From assembly GCA_017398945.1 (NCBI GenBank), contig JAFQES010000008.1, forward strand, positions 15,565 to 79,564: a DNA stretch of 64,000 nucleotides. Reading direction: 5' to 3'. Made by a program: the position numbers and the translations under genes. Below are positions 38,011 to 46,894 of this stretch, in pieces (position 1 is the stretch's first letter; each line of letters opens with the position of its first letter). Under the pieces are notes generated by a model, which did no database searches, was not told where the DNA came from, and saw only the letters and a program-made list of their open reading frames with translations. Source of the stretch: Bacilli bacterium. Lineage in GTDB: Bacteria > Bacillota_I > Bacilli_A > RF39 > UBA660.

Positions 38011-40263
38011 TTATTTAATTTTTTTTAGAAAATCCACTTTTTTGGGCTTGTTTAACATAAAAATCCCTAAAATCATCATAAATATACCAACTTTTAAAAA
38101 GCAACAACATTTTAAAAACGAATCACCAGTTTGGGGATTAGACACTTCTTCTTTTGGCATATCAAATTCAGGAATAACTTCTTCTGGTTTAGAAACAATA
38201 ATTGGTGGAATAATTATTTCCGTTTTAGAATCATTAATATTAGGGGTAATTATTCCTTCTGGAATTACAATTTCTTCTTCAGGTAAAACTTCTTTTATAC
38301 TTTCTTTTTCTTTTAAATAATTAATTATTTCCAAATTGTTATTTAAACCACTAAATATAACTTCAATGGGTTCAAGCGGTTTGTAATCTTCACTTGTATC
38401 TTCTAAAAAATAGTAATTTCCATACCATAAGTTAGAAAATGAAGCGATTGCATCTTTATTAGTTATTTGACATTGAATTAGCTCATTTTTACTATAAATT
38501 AAATCTTTGCTTTTAAAGATATCTTCATTTGCATATAAACAAAATTTAATATCAATTCCCGGAGCTAAAATTTTTGTTTCTTCATGAGATATCTCTTGTT
38601 TTTTCAAAATATTAATATTATATCTTTTTTCTTTATTAATTAGAACAATTTCAACTTTATCATTATTACTTTCATCTATTATAAATTCTTTCTTAACACC
38701 CGTTTCGTAATAATCATTATCTTCTTCTAGTTCTTCAATAATATAGGTTCCGAAAGGAAGCTTTATTGGCAAGATAATTTGACCATTTTCCGCAAATTTA
38801 AATATTTCCTTATTTTCATACAATATATAACAATTTCTCTTTACATCATAAATTTTAAACTGAAAACTCATATTTTTTATAAGTTCATTATTTTCATCAA
38901 ACTTTTTGACAGTTACCTGTGATAAAACCGGCTCATTTAAAATAGTTTTATCTATGATTAATGATTCAGTTACACTAATAATTATTTCATCTGCCAACTT
39001 ATAACCAACCTTACCAGCTATTTGTTTTATTTTATAATCTCCATAAGGAATTTTAAATGTTAACTCGCCGTTACTATTTGTTTCTTTTTTTATAAGTAAA
39101 TTATCTTCCAAATCATATATTCCAAACAACGCGTTATTTTCTAAAATCAAATTATCCCAATCATTGTAATATTTTTTTATATTAAGGCGCATTACAATTG
39201 GTTTTTCCCAAACTGTTATCTCATTAATTGCACCATCAGAAACCTCTATTTGATATATTGTTTCATCAAGTTCATAGCCAAGGCTAGGAGAAATCTCTTT
39301 AATATAATATTTTCCTACTTTTAAATAATCCGTTAAAATAACTCCATTAGAATCGGTATTAAATTCTTGATAAAAAGAATCATTATATATAGCATACTTT
39401 GCGCCTTGTAGACTAATTAAAGGACTTTTAAAATCAACAGCAGCATTATCAATTGATTTTTTTAACAATCTAATTTGTCCTTTTTTTACGTGCACATTAT
39501 AAGTTAGTTCTTTAGAGGGTAAAGTTCCTCTTGTTATAACAGACTGAGCGCCATCATATTTATATAATATAGGAGCAATACCCTCTGTTTTTAATCTCAG
39601 TTTAAAAGAGAAATCATCAATAACATTATTTAAATATAAATAATTAGAATTAACTGAAACATTATTATTTGTTATTAATTCATAATTATTTAAAACATTA
39701 TTATAGTCTATTATTCTTCTGGTTTCTAAATAATCAAGTTCAATATTTTGACTAACCGTAGGATTTAAATAATAATTATTTACTAAAGCTAAAATTTCGT
39801 TTATTTTATCATCATACTTATTTATTTTCTCTCCTCTTAACTTATCAGTAAAATAAACATCCCAGCCATCTGGTAATACTTCTAACCAAATAAGGTATTG
39901 CGTAACCGCATACCATTCTAAATCTTGATGATTGTCATATTGATATCCATAATAAGCAATAAGATTAATCTTTTCCCAAGTTTTTTCACTAACATTTAAA
40001 TGACTCCACTGATTTGTTTCATATGCATTATAAACCTCTTCGGCATTTATAGCTACTCCCGGCATAACACAATAAACAAAAGCGTTATCACTTTTTCTTC
40101 TAATTACTTTCACATAATTAGCAGCCTTCTTGTACCCCTTATCCATTAAAGTATAAACTCCCGGTATTGGCAAGTCCAAAAAAAACATTTTTGAACTATC
40201 CGCTTTGATACATAAAGGGATTAAAAATAACCCAAATAAAACCAATAATATTTTCTTAATCAT
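38011..40263 (-). CDS. Sortase-anchored surface adhesin: N-terminal thioester (TQXA-type) domain plus about four SpaA/Cna-B (prealbumin-fold) repeats and an NPQTG sorting signal
   Basis: Signal peptide MIKKILLVLFGLFLIPLCIKA. Candidate thioester Cys in FVYCVMPGV and Gln in AVTQYLIW. Repeats of the form GAKYAIYN...TDSNGVILTDYLKVGKYYIKEISPSLGYELDE. C-terminal NPQTGD, then a hydrophobic stretch and a KKVDFLKKIK tail. Confidence 0.8.
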   Translation of the reverse strand: MIKKILLVLFGLFLIPLCIKADSSKMFFLDLPIPGVYTLMDKGYKKAANYVKVIRRKSDNAFVYCVMPGVAINAEEVYNAYETNQWSHLNVSEKTWEKINLIAYYGYQYDNHQDLEWYAVTQYLIWLEVLPDGWDVYFTDKLRGEKINKYDDKINEILALVNNYYLNPTVSQNIELDYLETRRIIDYNNVLNNYELITNNNVSVNSNYLYLNNVIDDFSFKLRLKTEGIAPILYKYDGAQSVITRGTLPSKELTYNVHVKKGQIRLLKKSIDNAAVDFKSPLISLQGAKYAIYNDSFYQEFNTDSNGVILTDYLKVGKYYIKEISPSLGYELDETIYQIEVSDGAINEITVWEKPIVMRLNIKKYYNDWDNLILENNALFGIYDLEDNLLIKKETNSNGELTFKIPYGDYKIKQIAGKVGYKLADEIIISVTESLIIDKTILNEPVLSQVTVKKFDENNELIKNMSFQFKIYDVKRNCYILYENKEIFKFAENGQIILPIKLPFGTYIIEELEEDNDYYETGVKKEFIIDESNNDKVEIVLINKEKRYNINILKKQEISHEETKILAPGIDIKFCLYANEDIFKSKDLIYSKNELIQCQITNKDAIASFSNLWYGNYYFLEDTSEDYKPLEPIEVIFSGLNNNLEIINYLKEKESIKEVLPEEEIVIPEGIITPNINDSKTEIIIPPIIVSKPEEVIPEFDMPKEEVSNPQTGDSFLKCCCFLKVGIFMMILGIFMLNKPKKVDFLKKIK

Positions 40264-40281
40264 AAATCCACCCTTTCAAAC

Positions 40282-40305
40282 AAAAAAATTCCTTATACAG
40301 GAATT
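40282..40305 (-). terminator. Rho-independent terminator after the RnfD-like gene
   Basis: 7-bp stem aattcct/aggaatt (40287-40293 / 40299-40305) with a 5-nt loop, followed on the minus strand by T7. Confidence 0.55.
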
Positions 40306-40349
40306 TTAAGTTTGTTATAACATGCCAAGATTAAGAAGTTTGTCATATT

Positions 40350-41210
40350 TTAGTTTAAAAGAAATTTTTTATCAAAAAGCTTTTTTATAATACTAGCAAT
40401 TACTACTACAATAGCAATTCCTTCATATGGTAAAGCTAATACACTAACTAAAGCTCCAAATAAACCAACAAATACCCCAAATAGCCACTGGCCCTTTAAT
40501 GTATATGAACTATATTCATTTAAAGGAGCAATCATCACCATCTCAAATAAAATACTAGCAGAAAGTATCAATTCGAAAACTCTAGCTTCACTAATAAACA
40601 ATGCAAACAATAACAAAACAACAATATAACTTGCTATAGCTGGTACACTAATATTTTTTTTGTACAAAGGATGAAATAATAAAATAATAAAACTGATTAT
40701 AACTAATATTAAATTTGAAGTTGCAATTCCCCCTACTTGATTTTTGAAAAATAAATCAGTAAAAGAATAAACATATAATCCACTGGCTTCATAATAATTC
40801 TGGTAACTATATTTAGATAATAAAAATAAAATTAAGACACAAAATAGCTTTGATAGCATAATTGGATGGACAAAATCATTTAATTTTAAAAGACTTAACC
40901 ACAGAATTCCAAAACCAGCAACATATAACCAAAAAGGAGTACCTACCGGTAATATCATCCATAAAAATAAAGCAGATATAGTAAAACGATTTACTTTTAT
41001 TGTTTTAGTAAATTTATAATCCATTAAAAATCCTAAACCCAAAGATAGTATTAAACTGATAATGGGTTTTACTAGCAATAAAACTTGTTTACTTTCTAAA
41101 TAAACCATTAAAGAATTTTTGTATAATCCATAAACAATAAATGGAATACATAGGAAAAAGATAAATTTATAATAATTATTTAAATCATTTTTAGAATGAT
41201 TAATTGTCAT
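40350..41210 (-). CDS. Polytopic membrane protein, RnfD/NqrB-like (divergent)
   Basis: 286 aa with about 8-9 TM segments. Overlaps the RnfC-like gene by 11 nt. The segment VGGIATSNLILVIISFIIL resembles the RnfD G.IGE.S motif. The assignment is weak. Confidence 0.4.
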   Translation of the reverse strand: MTINHSKNDLNNYYKFIFFLCIPFIVYGLYKNSLMVYLESKQVLLLVKPIISLILSLGLGFLMDYKFTKTIKVNRFTISALFLWMILPVGTPFWLYVAGFGILWLSLLKLNDFVHPIMLSKLFCVLILFLLSKYSYQNYYEASGLYVYSFTDLFFKNQVGGIATSNLILVIISFIILLFHPLYKKNISVPAIASYIVVLLLFALFISEARVFELILSASILFEMVMIAPLNEYSSYTLKGQWLFGVFVGLFGALVSVLALPYEGIAIVVVIASIIKKLFDKKFLLN

Positions 41211-42327
41211 TTAGTTCACCTACTTCTATAGCAGCTTTTAAATTAATATAAGAAGGACATACATAATTACATAAACCACATTTTAAACACTTATCTAAGT
41301 ATTTTTTAGAAACAATTTTACTATTTTCATAAATATATTTAGGATTAATTTCAGCTGGACAATAAGCTTTGCATAAACCACAACTAATACATTTAGCTGT
41401 TTTCTCTTCTTCCTTTTTATTAAAAACTAAGGCTCTTAAATCTTTCGTGACAATTAGTTCATCAAGCTGTGTTACTTTATTGCCGGAAATACATCCATTT
41501 AAAAATATATCACAATCATTATTCTTAATTTTAGCAAATCTTAAAATCTCGCTTACTTTGGTTCCTAATTTAACATTTATTACGCAAGATTTGATATCTG
41601 TTCCACTAATACTTAAATATTTCTCTGTCACATTTTTCTTACACCTTAAAACATTATTAATTTCATAAACTTCTTCTGGATTAAGAATAATCCCTTCTTT
41701 TATATTTAGAATATTATATAAATAGTCTGTATTTAAAATTGGATAAACATTTGGAACTGTCACCAATTTTATATAAGGAAAAATACCCAAAGTACTAATT
41801 AAATTTTCAATATTTTTCTTTTCGTTATCTTTAATAACAATATATATATTTTTAAACTTCTCAAGGTCATTCAAATAATCAATGGTATCTAATAAATCTT
41901 GAAAATGATTATTAACTAACATTGAATAAGTATAAACTAGTGGTTCATCTTCAATAATACTAAAAATCAAGTTAGTTGATTTCTTTTGTAATTTTTTACT
42001 TAAATCAGTTCTTAAATATTTTAGCATTTCTTCGTTAGACATTTTTTTAATCTTTTTGTTTTGTTCTTTAAAATCATTTTCTATTACTAAACAGCTTTTA
42101 ATACCATTTACGGTAAGACATTTTTTAATTCCACAAGCGCTTCCTGAAACATAACTAACTGACGCATCTGTTATAAAATCTCCTTTTAATACCTTTTTAT
42201 TTTCTTTTAAATTTAATTTAAAATTTTCTTCTAAAGGCACATATACATAATCAGGGGACAAATAATTTTTTAATTTTGGAGTGCCGATGGTCATTATATT
42301 TGTTTCCAACTTCATAAGTTTTCGCAT
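41200..42327 (-). CDS. RnfC-like protein with two 4Fe-4S ferredoxin motifs
   Basis: RnfC N-terminal barrel-like segment. IIEDEPLVYTYSMLV corresponds to the RnfC GAECEPYLT motif. SLBB-like region present. CISCGLCKAYCP and CLKCGLCNYVCP. No obvious Gly-rich NADH/FMN motif. Confidence 0.6.
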   Translation of the reverse strand: MRKLMKLETNIMTIGTPKLKNYLSPDYVYVPLEENFKLNLKENKKVLKGDFITDASVSYVSGSACGIKKCLTVNGIKSCLVIENDFKEQNKKIKKMSNEEMLKYLRTDLSKKLQKKSTNLIFSIIEDEPLVYTYSMLVNNHFQDLLDTIDYLNDLEKFKNIYIVIKDNEKKNIENLISTLGIFPYIKLVTVPNVYPILNTDYLYNILNIKEGIILNPEEVYEINNVLRCKKNVTEKYLSISGTDIKSCVINVKLGTKVSEILRFAKIKNNDCDIFLNGCISGNKVTQLDELIVTKDLRALVFNKKEEEKTAKCISCGLCKAYCPAEINPKYIYENSKIVSKKYLDKCLKCGLCNYVCPSYINLKAAIEVGELNDN

Positions 42328-42389
42328 ACTATCACCTAACTTATCTTAAACTTAATATTCATTATACACTATAAATAACATAATTCTAA

Positions 42390-44156
42390 CTATTTTTTAA
42401 ACTCATCTATAAATTTTTTTAAATTAACGGCTACATTAACAGGAATAATCTGTTGTAATTCTTCTAAAGAAGCTTGTTTTAACTTCATAATACTTCCATA
42501 TTTTTTTATTAATAATTTTTTACGTTCTTTTCCAATACCTTCAACATTATCTAAAATACTTGAAATAGATCCTTTACTTCTTATACTTCGATGATAATTA
42601 ATTGTAAATCTATGTACTTCATCTTGCATTCTTGTTAAATAGAAAAATACTTGGCTATCTTTAGGAATATTTACCACATCATATGTATCCCCATCTAACA
42701 AATCATTTGTTCTATGATGTGCATTCTTTTTTAAACCGCATACCTTGATATTTAAATTTAAGTCTTCTAAAACACTTTTAGCAGCATTGATTTGATTAAT
42801 TCCCCCATCAACAATAATCAAACTTGGTAATTCTGTTTTTTCTAATAAAGCTTTATAATAACGACGATATATAACTTCTTTCATCATATTATAATCATCA
42901 TTTTTATCTAAACTAATTTTATATTTACGATATTCATTTTTATCTGGTTTACCATGGCGAAAAACGACCATCCCACTAACGCTAAATGTTCCAAACAAAT
43001 TGGAATTATCAAACAAATCAATTCTATTTAAATTAGCTATATTTAAGATTTGTCCTAATTCTTCGTTAGCTTTATCTGTTTTTTCTAATTCTTTTTCCAC
43101 TATTTTCAAATGATTTTCTAAAGCAACTTTAGCATTCATAGTTGCCATATCAAGTAATTTCTTCTTACTGCTTTTTACTGGTGTAACTAATTTAGCAGCA
43201 ATTAATTTCATAATTAGTTCTTTATTAATTTCTTCAGGGACTAGTATTTCACTAGGAATTTCTTTAGTTTGATAAAAGTTTGCTATATATAATTCTAATT
43301 GTTCTAATGCATCATCTACTAAAATCAAATAATCTTGATGAGACCCAACCAATTTTCCGTTACGAACAAAAAAGATTACGATTGCTAAGTAGCCATTATC
43401 ATAATGATATGATATAACATCTCGATTAGCTAAATCCGTTAACTCTACTTTTTGTTTTTCTTCTAAAATTGTAATATAATCTAATTCTTGTTTTAATTCA
43501 TTAGCCATTTCATAATTTAATGATTCACTATATAAATTAATCTTTTCCATTATTTTATCTTTTAAAGTTTTGTTGTTACCTCTTAAAAAAGCTAAAATAT
43601 CTTTTTCCATTTGTTCTAATTTTTCTTGATCATAACCTTTCGTACAGTATCCCAAACATTCATGGATATGATAATATAAACAAGGTTGTTTTGGCATCGA
43701 ATCGCATTTTTTTAACGGATATAATCTATTCAATAAATTAACTATTCTTCTCGCCGCATAAGCATTTGGATAAGGTCCAAATAGCATTTTTTTATCTTTC
43801 TTTTTAATATTTAAATAGCGAGATACTTTAACTTTGGGAAATGGTTTAGAAATATACTCAATATAAGGATAACTCTTATCATCTTTAAGTAAAATATTAT
43901 AATACGGATTATATTTTTTTATTAAATTGATTTCTGTAATAAACGCTTCTGCTTCCGTATTTGTAATTATATATGTAAAATCAATTATTTGACCAACTAA
44001 CATCGCTGTTTTTCCTGTGTGTTGCCGATTAAAGTAAGAAGAAACGCGTTTATGTAAATTTTTTGCTTTTCCCACATAAATAATTTGCTTATCTTTATTA
44101 AGCATTTGATAACAACCTGGTAAATGTGGAACTAATTTCAGTTTTTCTTGAATCAT
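42390..44156 (-). CDS. uvrC: Excinuclease ABC subunit C
   Basis: GIY-YIG (PGCYQM.NKDKQIIYVGKAKNL..RV.SYF), a UVR domain, an endonuclease V domain and a C-terminal (HhH)2 (VEGIGKERKKLLIKKYGS). AAGGAG SD 9 nt before M7 (44156). Confidence 0.93.
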   Translation of the reverse strand: MIQEKLKLVPHLPGCYQMLNKDKQIIYVGKAKNLHKRVSSYFNRQHTGKTAMLVGQIIDFTYIITNTEAEAFITEINLIKKYNPYYNILLKDDKSYPYIEYISKPFPKVKVSRYLNIKKKDKKMLFGPYPNAYAARRIVNLLNRLYPLKKCDSMPKQPCLYYHIHECLGYCTKGYDQEKLEQMEKDILAFLRGNNKTLKDKIMEKINLYSESLNYEMANELKQELDYITILEEKQKVELTDLANRDVISYHYDNGYLAIVIFFVRNGKLVGSHQDYLILVDDALEQLELYIANFYQTKEIPSEILVPEEINKELIMKLIAAKLVTPVKSSKKKLLDMATMNAKVALENHLKIVEKELEKTDKANEELGQILNIANLNRIDLFDNSNLFGTFSVSGMVVFRHGKPDKNEYRKYKISLDKNDDYNMMKEVIYRRYYKALLEKTELPSLIIVDGGINQINAAKSVLEDLNLNIKVCGLKKNAHHRTNDLLDGDTYDVVNIPKDSQVFFYLTRMQDEVHRFTINYHRSIRSKGSISSILDNVEGIGKERKKLLIKKYGSIMKLKQASLEELQQIIPVNVAVNLKKFIDEFKK

Positions 44157-44258
44157 AAACAACATCTCCTTCAAAATTATTATACTACAAAAAAAATTAA
44201 TTATCTAAAAAACATTGTGTAAAACAATATACATTTCTATAGGATGATTTGACTCATT

Positions 44259-44287
44259 TTGACACAATTAATTAAATATGTTATAAT
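44259..44287 (+). promoter_or_regulatory. Perfect-consensus sigma-A promoter
   Basis: TTGACA (44259-44264), 17 nt spacer ending in TGt, TATAAT (44282-44287), followed by a GGGGGG SD. Confidence 0.65.
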
Positions 44288-44312
44288 CAAACCATCTATG
44301 GGGGGGTAAATA

Positions 44313-45278
44313 ATGGCTAATGAGTATTTTAAAAATAAAAGGAATTTGATAAATTCTCGAGAATTTATTAGAAAAACTTTGATGGATACTTTGGATACAG
44401 CTAAATTTAACGCCTCCCTAATAACAACAGGATGTATACCGCCAGAATTTTCGGGTATGATTTTTGTTATTCAACTCTATTCTATTTATTTTCATACATG
44501 TTATAATGCACTAAATATATTTTTTAAAAAAGAGAATAAAGAATACTTAAAACTGATTGAAAAATATAATACTTTTATAAATGAAATAGCAGAACTTTTT
44601 AGAAGTTTTGGAGAATTAGATATATATGAAATAAATGTGTTATATAATATATTACTTTATCAAGGAACATTTTCAAAAACAGATACATTCTCTTACTATA
44701 AATATGCAATTGATAACGCAGAAATAGAAACATTAGGATCACGAGTTACATCAGGAACAGGGGTATGCCGCCATATAAGCGCAAATTTACTTGATATCTA
44801 TAAGAAGTTAGGATATAAGGGATTCGAAATAGAATGCAGTAACAGTTGGAAAAAAATCAGGATACACCCTAACCATCAAATAATAGGTGTGTATGACAAG
44901 AACACTTTGCTAATATCTGATCCAACCAATGAATATATAGGATATTTTTCTACTGATTCAACCCAAACAATTATAATGTCACCCATAAATAATATGAATT
45001 TAAAAATAGAATATTATGTTCCAATATTAGAATATTTATTAAATTATGATGAACACAGAAAAATGGTTAAAGCTCACAACATACCAAGCTATATAGAAGA
45101 AAAAGGAATTGAAGAAATGACTAAAAGTTTTGATAAAATTTATACATTAGTTGAACAAAATAAATTAGCAGTTCAAAAATGGAAAGAAAAAAACTTTGTC
45201 TTAATTCAAGAAATAAGCCAATTAGAAAAACAAATAACAGATTACAGAGATCAACCAACAAGAAAATTGAAAAGGTGA
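44313..45278 (+). CDS. Transglutaminase-like (Cys-His-Asp) putative cysteine peptidase with a coiled-coil tail
   Basis: GTGVCRHISANLLDIYKKLGY (Cys), HPNHQIIGVY (His), LLISDPTN (Asp), in the order typical of the transglutaminase core. One hydrophobic N-terminal segment. Confidence 0.5.
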   Translation: MANEYFKNKRNLINSREFIRKTLMDTLDTAKFNASLITTGCIPPEFSGMIFVIQLYSIYFHTCYNALNIFFKKENKEYLKLIEKYNTFINEIAELFRSFGELDIYEINVLYNILLYQGTFSKTDTFSYYKYAIDNAEIETLGSRVTSGTGVCRHISANLLDIYKKLGYKGFEIECSNSWKKIRIHPNHQIIGVYDKNTLLISDPTNEYIGYFSTDSTQTIIMSPINNMNLKIEYYVPILEYLLNYDEHRKMVKAHNIPSYIEEKGIEEMTKSFDKIYTLVEQNKLAVQKWKEKNFVLIQEISQLEKQITDYRDQPTRKLKR

Positions 45279-45282
45279 TTAA

Positions 45283-45630
45283 ATGAAACTAATTAAGAAA
45301 ATAGAAATAATCGAAAAGAAAAGTAAATTTATTGCTTATTATTATGAAATAAATTCAGAAGATGAAGCTAAACAAATCATAAATGAATTAAAAGAAGAGC
45401 ATAAAAAAGCTAGACATATCCCCTACGCTTATAAATTACCATCTACAGCACGTAAAAGCGATGATAAAGAACCATCTAATACTGCTGGAACTCCAATCTA
45501 TAATTTAATCGAAAAAAAAGGACTAAACAATGTTTTTATTGCCGTAGTCCGTTACTTTGGTGGCACTAAATTAGGTGCCGGTTTACTTACTAGAACTTAC
45601 TTAAAAGCTGCCAGTAATGTTATTTCATAA
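45283..45630 (+). CDS. YigZ/IMPACT-family N-terminal domain protein, short form
   Basis: EKKSKFIAYYYEI, ARHIPYAYKL, DDKEPSNTAGTPI, VVRYFGGTKLGAGLLTRTY. Lacks the usual C-terminal DUF1949 domain. Confidence 0.7.
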   Translation: MKLIKKIEIIEKKSKFIAYYYEINSEDEAKQIINELKEEHKKARHIPYAYKLPSTARKSDDKEPSNTAGTPIYNLIEKKGLNNVFIAVVRYFGGTKLGAGLLTRTYLKAASNVIS

Positions 45631-46894
45631 AAGGTAACACTTTAGTAATACTTACATTACTTACCTCTAAAGATTTAATAACTTTATTTACATTAGATAA
45701 AGTTATTTTTTTATACATTTCTTTAATATTATCATGAATAGTTCCATACATAATTAAATCACTTTGAATATCATTACTTACTAATTCAATATCATCATAT
45801 TTTAAAATTAAATTAGCTATAGAGCCATTTAAAGATCTAGTTAAATCTTTTTCTGTCACATTTATATTCTCTAGTTGCTCTTTTATTTTTCCTATTACTG
45901 CCTCTGGCATTTTAGATTCAAAAGTAAAATTAATTAATAGATAATCATCATAAAAACTAGCATTATAAGTAAAACTTAATATCATGTTATTTTCTAGTAG
46001 TTCTTCATTAAAATCAGTTACACTACCAAAATTAGTATTTAAAATGATATCTAAAATTGCTTGTAACTTAACATCTTCAAAGTCTTTAAATCTCTTTTTG
46101 GGTATTTTCAAACAATACTTAACTTTAGGTAATTCAACATTATCATAATAAGTATCATCTATTTTAAATACTTTAATTGGTTCTTTTTCTTTAATAATCT
46201 CTGGTCTAGAATATTTTTTAATATTTAATTTTGCCAACGTATCATTAACAATTTGTATAGATTCATAAGGATTTATGTTACCAGTAATAACTAAGAACAT
46301 ATTTTCGGGATGATAAAAAGCTTCAAATATTAATTTAATATCCTCTAAAGTAATATTCTTGATATCTTTAACATCACCTGCTACTCGATTACGATAATGA
46401 CTTCTTTTAAATACATTACTTAACGAATTAAAAAACAAATTAGAGTATGGATTATCTTTATCCATTTTTATTTCTTCCGTAATAATTCCTTTTTCATTAG
46501 CAATAATTCCTTTAGTAAAATATGGAGTTAAAACATATTTTATTAAATGAGACAGATTATCTTCTAAATTATCATTACCAAACACTTCATAATTAGTATA
46601 TTCAAATGTTGTAAAAGCATTTATATCGCTACCTAATTTTTCAAAATAATCATTTGCTTTTACCCCTTTTTTCTCATTAAATTTAATATGTTCCATAAAA
46701 TGAGCAATTCCTAAAGGCATATGATAAGTTTTATTCTTAAAATTAAAATCGGTATGTAAAGATCCATATTTAACACATAAAGATAAATAAAAACCATTTA
46801 ATTTAGGATTTTGCCATATATAAACAGGCATATTATGTAAAGATTCTTCATAAAAAATTGTTTCGTCTAAACCATTTAACTCAATCTTTTTCAT
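45620..46894 (-). CDS. M16-family zinc peptidase, active-type subunit
   Basis: Inverted zinc motif HFMEH (GIAHFMEHIKFN) and downstream NAFTTFEYTNY. Confidence 0.85.
   Translation of the reverse strand: MKKIELNGLDETIFYEESLHNMPVYIWQNPKLNGFYLSLCVKYGSLHTDFNFKNKTYHMPLGIAHFMEHIKFNEKKGVKANDYFEKLGSDINAFTTFEYTNYEVFGNDNLEDNLSHLIKYVLTPYFTKGIIANEKGIITEEIKMDKDNPYSNLFFNSLSNVFKRSHYRNRVAGDVKDIKNITLEDIKLIFEAFYHPENMFLVITGNINPYESIQIVNDTLAKLNIKKYSRPEIIKEKEPIKVFKIDDTYYDNVELPKVKYCLKIPKKRFKDFEDVKLQAILDIILNTNFGSVTDFNEELLENNMILSFTYNASFYDDYLLINFTFESKMPEAVIGKIKEQLENINVTEKDLTRSLNGSIANLILKYDDIELVSNDIQSDLIMYGTIHDNIKEMYKKITLSNVNKVIKSLEVSNVSITKVLPFMK

Noticed and set aside
37982-38320. Track ORF 37982..38320 (+), 112 aa
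   Set aside because: It lies entirely antisense to the 3' end of the adhesin gene. It has no RBS and a low-complexity translation.
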